Source: an uncultured Candidatus Binatia bacterium (lineage in GTDB: Bacteria; Desulfobacterota; Binatia; Bin18). Taken from it: a stretch of 64,000 nt of DNA. Below are positions 41,087 to 50,601 of this stretch, in pieces (within the stretch, counting starts at the first letter, position 1; every line of letters begins with the position of its first letter). Made by a program: the position numbers and the translations under genes. The stretch spans positions 384,001 to 448,000 of the forward strand of contig OZ243961.1 of NCBI GenBank assembly GCA_965214605.1, written 5' to 3'. The notes under the pieces were generated by a model, which made no database searches, was not told where the DNA came from, and worked only from the letters and a program-made list of their open reading frames with translations.

Positions 41087-41932
41087 ATGAAACTCGGGAT
41101 CGAAATGTTTGCCACCGATTACGCGATCCGTCCGGACGAGTTGGCCATCGCCTGTGAGGAGCGGGGCTATGAGTCGGTCTGGTTCCCTGAACATACCCAT
41201 ATTCCGACCATTCGTAGAACGCCGTTTCCTGGCGGTGGGGAACTGCCACAAGAGTACTCGCACACCCACGATCTGTTTGTGGCACTAATGGCCGCCGCGG
41301 CGGTCACGGCCAACATCAAAGTTGGTAGCGGGATATGTCTGGCCATGGAACGCGATCCCATCACTATGGCCAAAGAAGTCGCTTCGGTCGATCAGCTCTC
41401 CAACGGGCGCCTTATTTTCGGTATTGGCGGTGGCTGGAATGTCGAAGAGATGGCAAACCACGGCATACCGTTCAAGAAACGCTGGAAGGTGCTGCGCGAA
41501 AAAATTGAGGCTATGAAGGAAATTTGGACCAAAGAAGAGGCCGAGTACCACGGCGAGTTCGTTGATTTTGATCCGATTTGGAGCTACCCTAAGCCCGTCC
41601 AAAAGCCGCATCCCCCGATTGTCTTAGGCTCGCATACGTCCAACGGCCTAGACCGAGTTGTGCGCTACTGCGACGGTTGGATTCCCAATGCCCGTCGCTA
41701 TAAAGACATCCCAGGCATTATTGCCGACCTGCGCGACCGTGCCCAAAAGTTAGGTCGCGACCCCGAGAGTATCTCTATTTCACTTCTAGGCGCTCCCAAC
41801 GAGGAGGACACTCTCAAACAGTACCATGATCTGGGCGTGGAGCGGGCCATCTTTTTTGTGCCGCCGGTAGCCAAGGAGAAAATCTTGCCTATCCTCGACG
41901 AGCACGCCAGCCTCATCTCAAAAGTTGCCTAA
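41087..41932 (+). CDS. LLM class F420-dependent-type oxidoreductase
   Basis: WFPEHTHIP, RDPITMAKEVASVDQLSNGR, WSYPKPVQKPHPP. Confidence 0.9.
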   Translation: MKLGIEMFATDYAIRPDELAIACEERGYESVWFPEHTHIPTIRRTPFPGGGELPQEYSHTHDLFVALMAAAAVTANIKVGSGICLAMERDPITMAKEVASVDQLSNGRLIFGIGGGWNVEEMANHGIPFKKRWKVLREKIEAMKEIWTKEEAEYHGEFVDFDPIWSYPKPVQKPHPPIVLGSHTSNGLDRVVRYCDGWIPNARRYKDIPGIIADLRDRAQKLGRDPESISISLLGAPNEEDTLKQYHDLGVERAIFFVPPVAKEKILPILDEHASLISKVA

Positions 41933-42716
41933 CCCGGCTCAAGACCGATCTGGAGGCAATTTCGTGTTGTGGTGCTTGGTATGTCTAGCGGGGGGTGGGC
42001 TGGCCACGTTGCTGAGTAGCCTGGCCGCGGCTGAGACGTTTCCCGAGCCACAGCCGCCTCTGGAGGCGAGCTGGCAGATGTCCGTCGAGCAGGTCCAAGC
42101 GCTAGCCCAACTCGACCGCAGCCCTAGGGGCGACCTCCAGCACAGTCATGTCATTCGGGCCAATAGCCAGATTGAGCTAGTAGCCCGCTGGCAAGACCGT
42201 GTAGTCAGCTTTTTGTTTACCAGGGATTTTGGTCTGTACGCCATTAGCATTGAGATGGTTCCGTGGACGGTCCAGCATACGATCACCGAAACCGACCTGG
42301 CCCTGCGCGATCTGACCTACAGCGCCCCGGTGCGGCTTGCGGTGGCCAACAAATATGGTCGGCCGTACGGTATCAGCGCCCTGTGGTCAGCCCAGGAAGT
42401 CGTTCCCCTGGCCGATAGTCGGCACACAACGTCTCCCTATAGCCGGGCCAGCTTGATCGACTGGGAGTATGGACCTCGATGGCTGATTTGGCGCGGCAAA
42501 ACGACACGGCTTGCCCTCGGCGACCAAGCCGTGTGGTATGTCCATCCGGACGGCTTGGCCCATCAACAGCGGCTTGAGTGGCCCGGGAACACCGACAGCC
42601 TCCTCATTGAACAACAGGCTAAAGAGAAAGAAGAAGACGCTGCCCGCCGCCACCAGCTTGAGCAGATACGACAGCGGCTTCCATTCCAGGCGCTTCGGCT
42701 TGAGCAGCTTTTTTAG
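41925..42716 (+). CDS. Hypothetical exported protein
   Basis: 263-aa ORF overlapping the previous stop, with an N-terminal signal-like segment ending AAA-E. Confidence 0.55.
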   Translation: MPNPAQDRSGGNFVLWCLVCLAGGGLATLLSSLAAAETFPEPQPPLEASWQMSVEQVQALAQLDRSPRGDLQHSHVIRANSQIELVARWQDRVVSFLFTRDFGLYAISIEMVPWTVQHTITETDLALRDLTYSAPVRLAVANKYGRPYGISALWSAQEVVPLADSRHTTSPYSRASLIDWEYGPRWLIWRGKTTRLALGDQAVWYVHPDGLAHQQRLEWPGNTDSLLIEQQAKEKEEDAARRHQLEQIRQRLPFQALRLEQLF

Positions 42717-42730
42717 CCGTCTGCACTTGC

Positions 42731-43141
42731 TCAAACCGCAGGACGCGTATCGGGTAAGACCCTGCGTTCTTTAAACAGCCACCGCCCGTCGACCTTTTCG
42801 ATTTGATCTTCGTACCGGCCAGAAATAACTAGCTCGGTTTTGCCCTCTGCGGCATGGGTCATCAGTAGATAACACTCAGCGCTGGCCCGGTTCCCTTCGA
42901 CCGTAATCAACACATTCATCACACAGTGGCGCGGCTGGTGCGCCCCGGTCCAATCCTGATAGCGCTGGGTGAACCGCCGCAGTTTATCCGCACCTTGCCA
43001 ACGACCTAGAATGGGACTGTCAAAAACGCCGTCCGGGGTAAAGCACTCGACCCATTCTTTATAGCGGCCAGCGTCGATATGGAGACAATATCTCGTCAGT
43101 AGGTCGCGGATCTCTTCTTTGTCTTCTAATAAGCTTGACAT
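42731..43141 (-). CDS. SnoaL-like / NTF2 family protein
   Basis: EDKEEIRDLLTRYC..D, RHCVMN, GRYEDQI..GRWLF..R. Confidence 0.88.
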   Translation of the reverse strand: MSSLLEDKEEIRDLLTRYCLHIDAGRYKEWVECFTPDGVFDSPILGRWQGADKLRRFTQRYQDWTGAHQPRHCVMNVLITVEGNRASAECYLLMTHAAEGKTELVISGRYEDQIEKVDGRWLFKERRVLPDTRPAV

Positions 43142-43187
43142 GTCATCCTCACTGTCTTTCGGCACAAGTCACTTACCGAGTGGTCTC

Positions 43188-44006
43188 TCAGGGAACGGCG
43201 GTCGGCAGAGAAATACCCATGGCCCGGCCGTCCCTATGGATTTGCATGGCAATGGTCTGGCCGTGCTCTTCGCGCATCCTGGTCTGGAAATCCCGGATAT
43301 TCTTAATCGTCTTCCCAGCGATGGTCAAAATAATGTCGCCACGTTGCAGATGGCCCTGAGCGGCCGCTCCGGTCTCCACATCGGCAACTAAGACACCGTG
43401 GGTGCCCGGCAGTTGGAAAACACGGGCCAGCTCCTGACTGAGATTCTGGACGGTCACCCCACGGCTGTGCACGTTTTCCAGGAGCGTTGCCTCAAGCAAA
43501 CCCCGAGCGACAAAAATCGGCCGCTCGAAACGCAGCGCTAGGGCAATCGCATCGCTGGGCCGACTATCAATCTCAATCGGATGATCGGCCGCCGTGGTCA
43601 GATGAATACGGGCATAATAGGTACGGCCTTTCAGCTCGCTGACAACCACCTTGTCAAGACCAACCCCAGCTTGATCCAAGATGTTTTTCAGCAGATCGTG
43701 GGTGAGCGGCCGCGGAGTGGGCTGTCCGCGCAGTTCGTACTCAATCGCTCGGGCCTCGGCGATACCGATCCAGATCGGCATCACCCGAGTCTGCGCCTCA
43801 TCTAAGAGCCAGACAATCGGCGAGCGGGAGATAGGGTCAAAACTGACTCGGTTGACCGTGAACCGGACCATGGCCGGGTCAGCGCTATCGGACGCGTAGC
43901 AGACCCAGGTCAGCAAGCCAGACAGCACCACACACAGCCCACTATAGCCCGCCGTCCAGCCGAGGTGCGAAAAAAGAAACCATTGGTGCGACATATGCTT
44001 GCTCAT
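43188..44006 (-). CDS. Bifunctional nuclease (DUF151) domain plus PDZ domain, with N-terminal signal/TM
   Basis: PIWIGIAEARAI, RPLTHDLL, IDSRPSDAIALALR; C-terminal GVLVADV..GAAA..LQRGDIIL PDZ. Confidence 0.85.
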   Translation of the reverse strand: MSKHMSHQWFLFSHLGWTAGYSGLCVVLSGLLTWVCYASDSADPAMVRFTVNRVSFDPISRSPIVWLLDEAQTRVMPIWIGIAEARAIEYELRGQPTPRPLTHDLLKNILDQAGVGLDKVVVSELKGRTYYARIHLTTAADHPIEIDSRPSDAIALALRFERPIFVARGLLEATLLENVHSRGVTVQNLSQELARVFQLPGTHGVLVADVETGAAAQGHLQRGDIILTIAGKTIKNIRDFQTRMREEHGQTIAMQIHRDGRAMGISLPTAVP

Positions 44007-44098
44007 AGGATTCTCCTTTCCGGACTCGGACTATCAAGCCCGATTCACGGCCAGGACGGACTTCTATTCCTTCCCCCTAGCTAGTATACTTTCTGGGC

Positions 44099-44728
44099 AT
44101 GAGCAAGCCACGTCCAGTCTCTCCTCAGCCCCACGGACTAGCCCAGGTCAACAACGAGCAGCTGTACCATTTTTTCCTGCGCCATACTCAGCGCAGCTTT
44201 GGGGAGTTAGGCATAGGGGATCGGTCGCCGGTCATCGCCTATGTGGCCGAGGTCCTCGCCACCTTTGCCCAGGCCGACCAGCTGTACCGTCTGCATTCTC
44301 CGACCTCCCGCCGCCTGAGCAGCGTGGTCGCCATCTTGGCCGAACAGCCCGCGCTACAGATTGACCCCGCAGGCGATCAAGACGTCTCTTCAGGCCTATG
44401 GCGCGAACGTGCGGTACGCAAACACGTTGGGGACTACACGCTGTTTATGAGCGGTCTGTTCCGCGCCTATGTCGAAAAGCTCGACGTCCTTGACTACTAC
44501 ATCCAGGAAGGTCGCCAGTCCTATCGCAAAGTGTCCGAGCTGGACGTGAGCCTCTATCAGGCCGGCTTTCGGCTGTTTGAGGAACTGGCCAAAAACTTTG
44601 AATACTACTCGGGTGCGCTTGACTACATGCGCAAAGCCTATTTTGCGGCCAGTCCGGGCGACAATTCGTTTGGCCAGTTTCTGCGCCGAGTCGAGGGCTG
44701 GGTCAAAATGCACCTGTCTCAGAACTGA
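44099..44728 (+). CDS. Conserved hypothetical helical protein
   Basis: YVAEVLATF, RKHVGDYTLFMSGLF, YYIQEGRQSY, LFEELAKNF. Confidence 0.75.
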   Translation: MSKPRPVSPQPHGLAQVNNEQLYHFFLRHTQRSFGELGIGDRSPVIAYVAEVLATFAQADQLYRLHSPTSRRLSSVVAILAEQPALQIDPAGDQDVSSGLWRERAVRKHVGDYTLFMSGLFRAYVEKLDVLDYYIQEGRQSYRKVSELDVSLYQAGFRLFEELAKNFEYYSGALDYMRKAYFAASPGDNSFGQFLRRVEGWVKMHLSQN

Positions 44729-44739
44729 GACCAACCCCA

Positions 44740-45708
44740 GTGGCCTGCGAGCCGAATATACGAGAAGCGAGTCGTGACACAGACGGGCCGAGCTGGCGGG
44801 AGTGGACGGTCTCGGCACAGGACGATTTGGCCCGCCTTGATACTTTTTTGGCCCGTCACCTGCCAAGTATCTCGCGGCGGGCAGCTGTTTCTCTGTTCAG
44901 CGCCGGCCAAGTGTATCTGAACCAGCGGCCAGGCAAAAAGGGCGACCGGGTTCGCGGCGGCGATAATGTACAGGCCCAGGTTCGCCTGTGCCTCAGACCC
45001 AATCCGTCGCTTCCGGTCCGACTAGTATACGCCCAGGGCGCGGTCCTCGGTCTTGACAAACCGCCCGACGTGCCAAGTGTCGCCCTACGCTTTAGTGATA
45101 CCCATACAGTCGCCAACTATCTGGCGGCCCGCTATCCCGACACCATGCTGAACAGTCTGTCGCCACGCGCACCACTTGAAGCCGGTGTCGTCCACCGGCT
45201 TGACACCCCCACCTCAGGTCTGCTGCTGGCAGCCCGAACAGCGGAGGCCTACACAGCCCTCCGCTCCCAATTCTCCAGCCATCAAATTACCAAAGACTAT
45301 CTGGCCTGGGTACACGGACAAGCGAACGAGCGGGAACTCAGCGGCACCAAACACTTTTTTCTGGTGGCTGAAGGCAAGCGGGGACATCGTATGCGGGTTG
45401 TGAGCCCCTCTGAGCGGGACCGCGCCTCTCGACACCGTGCCTATGAGGCGATCTCTACTTACACCCGTCTCGAAACACGCTCCGACTACAGCCTCATCCG
45501 CATTCGGCTTCATACCGGTGTACGCCACCAAATCCGAGCGCACTTGGCCGCTCTAGGTCATCCTGTGGTCGGCGACACACGCTATGGTGCATCGGCCGGG
45601 GCGCACCGACTAGCGCTGCACGCCGAGGCTCTACGCTTTGTTCATCCCGGTACCGGGCAAAGCGTGCACCTGCGTCAGCCTAGCGACGCAGGCTTTTTTA
45701 CCGTTTAA
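44740..45708 (+). CDS. RluA/RluD family pseudouridine synthase
   Basis: S4-like RLDTFL, VHRLDTPTSGLL, TGVRHQIRAHL..GHPVVGD. Confidence 0.9.
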   Translation: MACEPNIREASRDTDGPSWREWTVSAQDDLARLDTFLARHLPSISRRAAVSLFSAGQVYLNQRPGKKGDRVRGGDNVQAQVRLCLRPNPSLPVRLVYAQGAVLGLDKPPDVPSVALRFSDTHTVANYLAARYPDTMLNSLSPRAPLEAGVVHRLDTPTSGLLLAARTAEAYTALRSQFSSHQITKDYLAWVHGQANERELSGTKHFFLVAEGKRGHRMRVVSPSERDRASRHRAYEAISTYTRLETRSDYSLIRIRLHTGVRHQIRAHLAALGHPVVGDTRYGASAGAHRLALHAEALRFVHPGTGQSVHLRQPSDAGFFTV

Positions 45709-45725
45709 AAAAGGGAGGGAGGAAC

Positions 45726-46088
45726 CTAGGCGGCAGCCCGGCCTTTTTTCCTGCTTTTCCCCCGGGTTTTGGCACACGCCGCGCACAGGTTGGCAACGTT
45801 ATTGGGATCTTCGACAAGTCCCTCGTCGAGATTATGACAGATTTTTCTGCAGTCAAGACAGATGAAGTAAATCCCCTCAATCGTCTTATTAATGCGTTCC
45901 CGGTTCAGGACTCGGCCTTTGAGCTTTTCAATCCGAATCTCAAGGAGTTCTTCATAGCGCCGCTTGATCTTGCGACGCCCCATTTCATCCTTAGGCAAAT
46001 CTTCTTCGGCGGTGTCCTCTGAACGCTCTTCATCATCGAATAACACTAAACCGTATTGAGCGTTCTCTTTTTTATTCGCGCGTGGCAT
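45726..46088 (-). CDS. Hypothetical C4 zinc-finger protein (DksA/TraR-like C-terminus)
   Basis: Acidic and coiled N-terminus, EGIYFICLDC-X21-CAAC, basic tail; GGAGGAGG RBS. Confidence 0.6.
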   Translation of the reverse strand: MPRANKKENAQYGLVLFDDEERSEDTAEEDLPKDEMGRRKIKRRYEELLEIRIEKLKGRVLNRERINKTIEGIYFICLDCRKICHNLDEGLVEDPNNVANLCAACAKTRGKSRKKGRAAA

Positions 46089-46243
46089 GCACGTCCTCCT
46101 CCACGCAAGCGGCCAGCCCGGCGGCCAGGGTCAAAAAGCGAAAACGGGCGGGTGGCGTTGCCAGGATTTCCCTACATATGCGATGAGGACGAAGATTGTC
46201 AAGACTTCTTGTCGAGTCGGGGAGAGCGTGGTAGGCTAGATGA

Positions 46244-46441
46244 ATGCGGGTTACGCTCCTGCCGCAAAACCAGACGATGATATTTCCGCAGCGTATGCGC
46301 GTGTCCGCCCTGCTGAGCAAGCTGGACTTAGTGCCGGGGACGGTCATGGTAATTCGTGGTACGGCCCTGCTGATAGATGAGGACCTGATTCAGGAAGACG
46401 ATGAGATTGAGATCCGTTCGGTTATTTCGGGGGGTGTATGA
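46244..46441 (+). CDS. ttuB: Ubiquitin-like sulfur carrier (TtuB/ThiS/MoaD family)
   Basis: 65 aa ending DEIEIRSVISGGV; ATGA overlap with ttuA. Confidence 0.75.
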   Translation: MRVTLLPQNQTMIFPQRMRVSALLSKLDLVPGTVMVIRGTALLIDEDLIQEDDEIEIRSVISGGV

Positions 46442-47355
46442 AGTGTAAACGCTGTGGGGAACGGGCGGAAATCCAGCTCCGCTCGCATAACGCAGCCTTC
46501 TGCCGCTCGTGCTTTGTCATGTACTTCCAGCGTCAGGTTGGGCGAGCCATTCAGAAACAGCACATGTTTACCCCTCAGGACCGGATTCTGGTCGCCGTGT
46601 CCGGTGGGAAGGACAGCCTTGCCCTGTGGGACGTTCTGCTCGTCCTCGGCTATCAGACCCAGGGCTTGTATTTAGCTCTGGGCATTGGGGACTATTCGAG
46701 CCAATCACAGCACAAGGCCGAGGCCTTCGCCCGCCAGCGCGGGGTGCCGCTGCGCATTGTCCACCTGTCCGAGGACGCGGTCTCGGTGCCTGTTGCAGCT
46801 CAATTTACCAACCGCGTTCCGTGCGCGGCGTGCGGCATGATGAAGCGCCACTTCTTCGACCAAGCCGCTCTTGAAGGCGGCTTCTCGGTTTTGGCTACCG
46901 GTCACAACCTAGACGACGAAGCCGCCCGTCTGCTGGGCAATGTTTTGCACTGGCAAACCGAGTATCTGGCCCGCCAGACCCCGGTCTTGGAGCCCAGCCA
47001 CCCTCAGTTTGTCCGTAAGGTTCGCCCGCTGTACCGCTTAGGTGAGCTAGAAGCCGCGGCCTACGCCTTTTTTCGCGGGATTGATTATGTGATTGATGAA
47101 TGTCCCAACAGCGTTGGTGCTACCCAGCTGAGCTATAAAGATATGCTTAACCGGCTCGAGGCTAAAATGCCGGGTACCAAACTCAACTTTGTCCAGGAAT
47201 TCTTGCGCTCGGCGCAGCCGGTCTTTGCCACTGCAAACGAAAGCCCGCCTCAAACGTGCTCGGTATGCGGCATGCCGTCCTTTAGCTCGGTGTGCGCGTT
47301 CTGTCGCCTCCTCCAAGAAGTCAAGCGCAAACAGGAACGCAGCAGCGGACCATGA
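46438..47355 (+). CDS. ttuA: tRNA 2-thiolation enzyme, TtuA/Ncs6 subfamily
   Basis: N-terminal CxxC...CxxC, PP-loop SGGKDS, CAAC, TGHNLDDE, ECP, C-terminal CxxC...CxxC. Confidence 0.85.
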   Translation: MKCKRCGERAEIQLRSHNAAFCRSCFVMYFQRQVGRAIQKQHMFTPQDRILVAVSGGKDSLALWDVLLVLGYQTQGLYLALGIGDYSSQSQHKAEAFARQRGVPLRIVHLSEDAVSVPVAAQFTNRVPCAACGMMKRHFFDQAALEGGFSVLATGHNLDDEAARLLGNVLHWQTEYLARQTPVLEPSHPQFVRKVRPLYRLGELEAAAYAFFRGIDYVIDECPNSVGATQLSYKDMLNRLEAKMPGTKLNFVQEFLRSAQPVFATANESPPQTCSVCGMPSFSSVCAFCRLLQEVKRKQERSSGP

Positions 47356-47413
47356 GCACCGGTAGGGCGCAGCCACAGGCGCCCTTCTCCATTTCGCATT
47401 CGTCATTGAACCT

Positions 47414-48223
47414 ATGCTTTCTCCCCGCTCCCTCCTCCAAGCCGGTGACAACGTGCTGTTTATTGACCGTAAAGAACGTGAGTACCTGCGGACTCTCAAA
47501 GCGGGCGGCCGCCTGTCGCTACGCGGCGGCCCGCTCTTGGCCGACGATATTATAGGACTGCCCGAGGGCAGTCTCATTCGCACGTCTCAAAATGAACCGT
47601 TTTGGGTTTTTCGACCCAGCTATGCCCATTTGATTCCCAACCTGCCTCGGCGGGCTCAGGTCATCTACCCAAAGGACGTCGGCCCCCTCCTGTTATGGGG
47701 TGATATCTTTCCCGGCGCAGCCGTCCTTGAAGTCGGGGTCGGTCCCGGCGCCTTGAGCATAGCCCTGCTGCGGGCGATCGGGCCCAACGGAACGCTGACA
47801 ACGGTCGAGGCTCGGCAGGATTTCTGTGACATGGCGCGTGAGAATGTGACGCGCTTTTTTGGACCAGCCCCGAACTGGACTCTCAAACACGGTGACGCCT
47901 ACGAAAAAATCGACGCGCCCGAGGTAGACCGGGTGGTCATCGACGTGCCCGAACCGTGGCGGGTCATTCCCCACGCAACATCAGTCCTGCGGCCGGGCGG
48001 CGTGCTGGTAGGTTATAGTCCGAGCACGGTCCAGGTCAAAACTCTGGTCGACGAGTTGCGCGCCAGCCCGTGTTTTACCGCGGTCGAGGTTATGGAGAAC
48101 CTCCTACGTTTCTGGCACGTCAAAGATATGGCGGTCCGCCCTCAACACCGTATGGTCGCCCATACCGGTTTTATCACGTTTGCTCGTCGGACGGCCGCAC
48201 CCGCCCTCCCCCCGTCCGCATAG
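47414..48223 (+). CDS. trmI: tRNA (adenine58-N1)-methyltransferase
   Basis: RRAQVIYPKD, EVGVGPGALS, DVPEPW, RPQHRMVAHTGF. Confidence 0.92.
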   Translation: MLSPRSLLQAGDNVLFIDRKEREYLRTLKAGGRLSLRGGPLLADDIIGLPEGSLIRTSQNEPFWVFRPSYAHLIPNLPRRAQVIYPKDVGPLLLWGDIFPGAAVLEVGVGPGALSIALLRAIGPNGTLTTVEARQDFCDMARENVTRFFGPAPNWTLKHGDAYEKIDAPEVDRVVIDVPEPWRVIPHATSVLRPGGVLVGYSPSTVQVKTLVDELRASPCFTAVEVMENLLRFWHVKDMAVRPQHRMVAHTGFITFARRTAAPALPPSA

Positions 48224-48348
48224 GCGGAGGCGGCCCTCCCGTGGCTGCCCTATTTCCCTGGCCCGTTTCAACGCATTGACGCGGGCAAAACAATCCCGCT
48301 AGAAAAGATGTATGTCCTCAGCTCTTGGAATGTCCAAAAGGGGAAGCC

Positions 48349-49110
48349 ATGCAGAAAGTCTTGTTCGAAAAAAAAGACCATATCGCCTATGTGACGATCA
48401 ACCGCCCGGAACGGCTCAACGCCTGTGATTTTGAGACCTACCAACAGCTGGCCACAATCTGGCAAGAATTCCAGGATGACACCGCGCTGCGCGTCGGTAT
48501 TCTGACCGGGGCCGGCGAACGCGGCTTTTGTGCCGGCAGCGATATTAAAGCCAATTATGTGGACCGCTCTGAAGGCGAACCGCCCAACACCTTGTTCCCC
48601 GTTTTGTTGAACCTGACCAAGCCGATCATTGCCGCCATCAATGGTCACGCCAACGGCGGCGGCTTAGAACAGGCCCTGGCATGTGACATTCGTGTTGCGG
48701 CCGAGCACGCTCAGTTCGGTCTAGGCGAGGTCCGCCTCGGCTGGCTGCCGGGCGGCGGCGGCACCCAGCGCCTGCCGCGCCTGATCCCGCTCGGTCGCGC
48801 CCTTGAGATGCTGTACACCGGCAATCGGATTGACGCGAGCGAAGCCCTGCGACTCGGCCTAGTCGACCACGTCGTACCGATGGACCGGCTGATGAGTACC
48901 TGTCAGATGATCGCCACCGAGATCTGTAAGAGCGCCCCGTTAGCGGTCCAGAAGATCAAGCAGGCGGCACTCCGTGGCCTTGACATGCCGCTGGCCGACG
49001 GACTCAAATTCGAACGTGAGCTGTTTAACTTCCTGATGGAGACCGAGGACTCGCGCGAAGGCGCTCGGGCGTTTGCTGAAAAACGTGCCCCGCAGTGGCA
49101 GAGCAAGTAA
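48349..49110 (+). CDS. Enoyl-CoA hydratase/isomerase
   Basis: FCAGSD, ANGGGLE, EVRLGWLPGGGGTQRL. Confidence 0.9.
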   Translation: MQKVLFEKKDHIAYVTINRPERLNACDFETYQQLATIWQEFQDDTALRVGILTGAGERGFCAGSDIKANYVDRSEGEPPNTLFPVLLNLTKPIIAAINGHANGGGLEQALACDIRVAAEHAQFGLGEVRLGWLPGGGGTQRLPRLIPLGRALEMLYTGNRIDASEALRLGLVDHVVPMDRLMSTCQMIATEICKSAPLAVQKIKQAALRGLDMPLADGLKFERELFNFLMETEDSREGARAFAEKRAPQWQSK

Positions 49111-49206
49111 AAGCAGTGCAGAACGATGGAATAAAAAACAAGATTAAAAGCCTTTTTTGCGGTTCACCCTTCATAGGTTATTGTTTGGCGGACAAAGGAG
49201 CCGTGC

Positions 49207-49986
49207 ATGAGTCGTGTCCCAGACGAAGCCATCCACCAGGCAGCCACAATCCTGCTGTCGGCAGACCATGTCATGGCTCTGACCGGAGCTGGCATATCGG
49301 TCGAGAGCGGGATTCCTCCGTTTCGTGGGCCGGGTGGCCTGTGGACCAAGTACGGCGAACCACCCATGAATGGCTATGAACGCTTTTTGGCAGATCCGCA
49401 AAAAGCCTGGCAGGAACGCTTATCACCCTCGGGCCCAAGTAAAGAGATGTGGAGCAGGCTTGCAGTGGCCGAGCCAAATCACGGCCATCGGGCCCTGGTC
49501 GAGCTGGAAAATATGGGCGTCCTACGCTCCATGATCAGCCAAAACGTCGATAATCTTCACCGTCGGGCGGGCCATCGTAATCTGATCGAAATCCACGGCA
49601 ATTACACCCTCATTCGCTGTATCGACTGCACGGCCCGCTTTCCCGTCTCTGAGGTCCCTCTCCATACGCTTCCGCCCGAGTGTCCACACTGCCACGGCGT
49701 TCTGAAGAACGACACCGTCTCCTTTGGTGAGCCTATCCCCCAGGATGTTTTGGAACAGTGTCATAGTCAGACTCAGCTGTGCGACTGTATGCTAGTAGCC
49801 GGGACCTCGGCAACCGTGTATCCGGCGGCTGCCTTTCCGCTGGCAGTGCGGGAAAAAGGCGGGAGTCTGATTGAGGTCAACCCGTACGAGAATGAGCTAA
49901 GTCCGTTCAGCACGCTGAGCCTGCGTGGCCCCTCGGCCCATGTCCTGCCCCGACTGGTAGACAAGGTAAAGGAACTTCGCGTATAA
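49207..49986 (+). CDS. cobB: NAD-dependent deacylase (sirtuin)
   Basis: TGAGISVESGIPPFRG, SQNVDNLH, EIHG, two CxxC motifs, GTSATVYPAA. Confidence 0.9.
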   Translation: MSRVPDEAIHQAATILLSADHVMALTGAGISVESGIPPFRGPGGLWTKYGEPPMNGYERFLADPQKAWQERLSPSGPSKEMWSRLAVAEPNHGHRALVELENMGVLRSMISQNVDNLHRRAGHRNLIEIHGNYTLIRCIDCTARFPVSEVPLHTLPPECPHCHGVLKNDTVSFGEPIPQDVLEQCHSQTQLCDCMLVAGTSATVYPAAAFPLAVREKGGSLIEVNPYENELSPFSTLSLRGPSAHVLPRLVDKVKELRV

Positions 49987-50013
49987 CCCAGTCTGCCAAC
50001 GCAGGAGAAGCCG

Positions 50014-50601
50014 ATGAAGCAGTGGTTCGCCTTATCCGCTCTTGGACGTGACCGACCCGGTATTGTCGCCGATCTTGCTGAACTGATTTACGAGTGCGAC
50101 TGTAATCTCGAAGATTCCAGTATGACGATGCTCGGTGGTGAATTTGCCGTCCTGCTCTTGTTGTCGAGTCAGAGTCATCAAGATACTGAGCGGGTACTGT
50201 CTGGCGCCTGCAAACGGCTTGAGTGGGAAAAACGCCTGACGGTCTTTTTTCGGCCCTTGCAGGGAGAACCCCGTCTCTACGGGAGAGGTCAGCCGTATCG
50301 GACGTATGAACTGCACGCCACAGGCATAGATACCGCCGGTATTGTAGCCAAGATTACCCGCTGTTTGGCCGAGCACGATATTAATATCACCACCCTGCAC
50401 ACCCACACCCATCCAGAGCCGGGCAGCGGAACAGCTATTTACACCATGCAGATCCAGCTTGACGTTCCGGTAGCCCTCGACATATCAGCAGTCCATCAAC
50501 GCTTAGATGCGATTGCCGATAGCCTGCATATTCATATCGACCTCATACCCATCCAGGAAGACGGGGCTGGAGCGAATACGGTGATAAGGAGACAGCTATG
50601 A
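50014..50601 (+). CDS. Double ACT domain protein (GcvR-like)
   Basis: GRDRPGIV..CNLEDSSM; GIDTAGIV. Confidence 0.85.
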   Translation: MKQWFALSALGRDRPGIVADLAELIYECDCNLEDSSMTMLGGEFAVLLLLSSQSHQDTERVLSGACKRLEWEKRLTVFFRPLQGEPRLYGRGQPYRTYELHATGIDTAGIVAKITRCLAEHDINITTLHTHTHPEPGSGTAIYTMQIQLDVPVALDISAVHQRLDAIADSLHIHIDLIPIQEDGAGANTVIRRQL

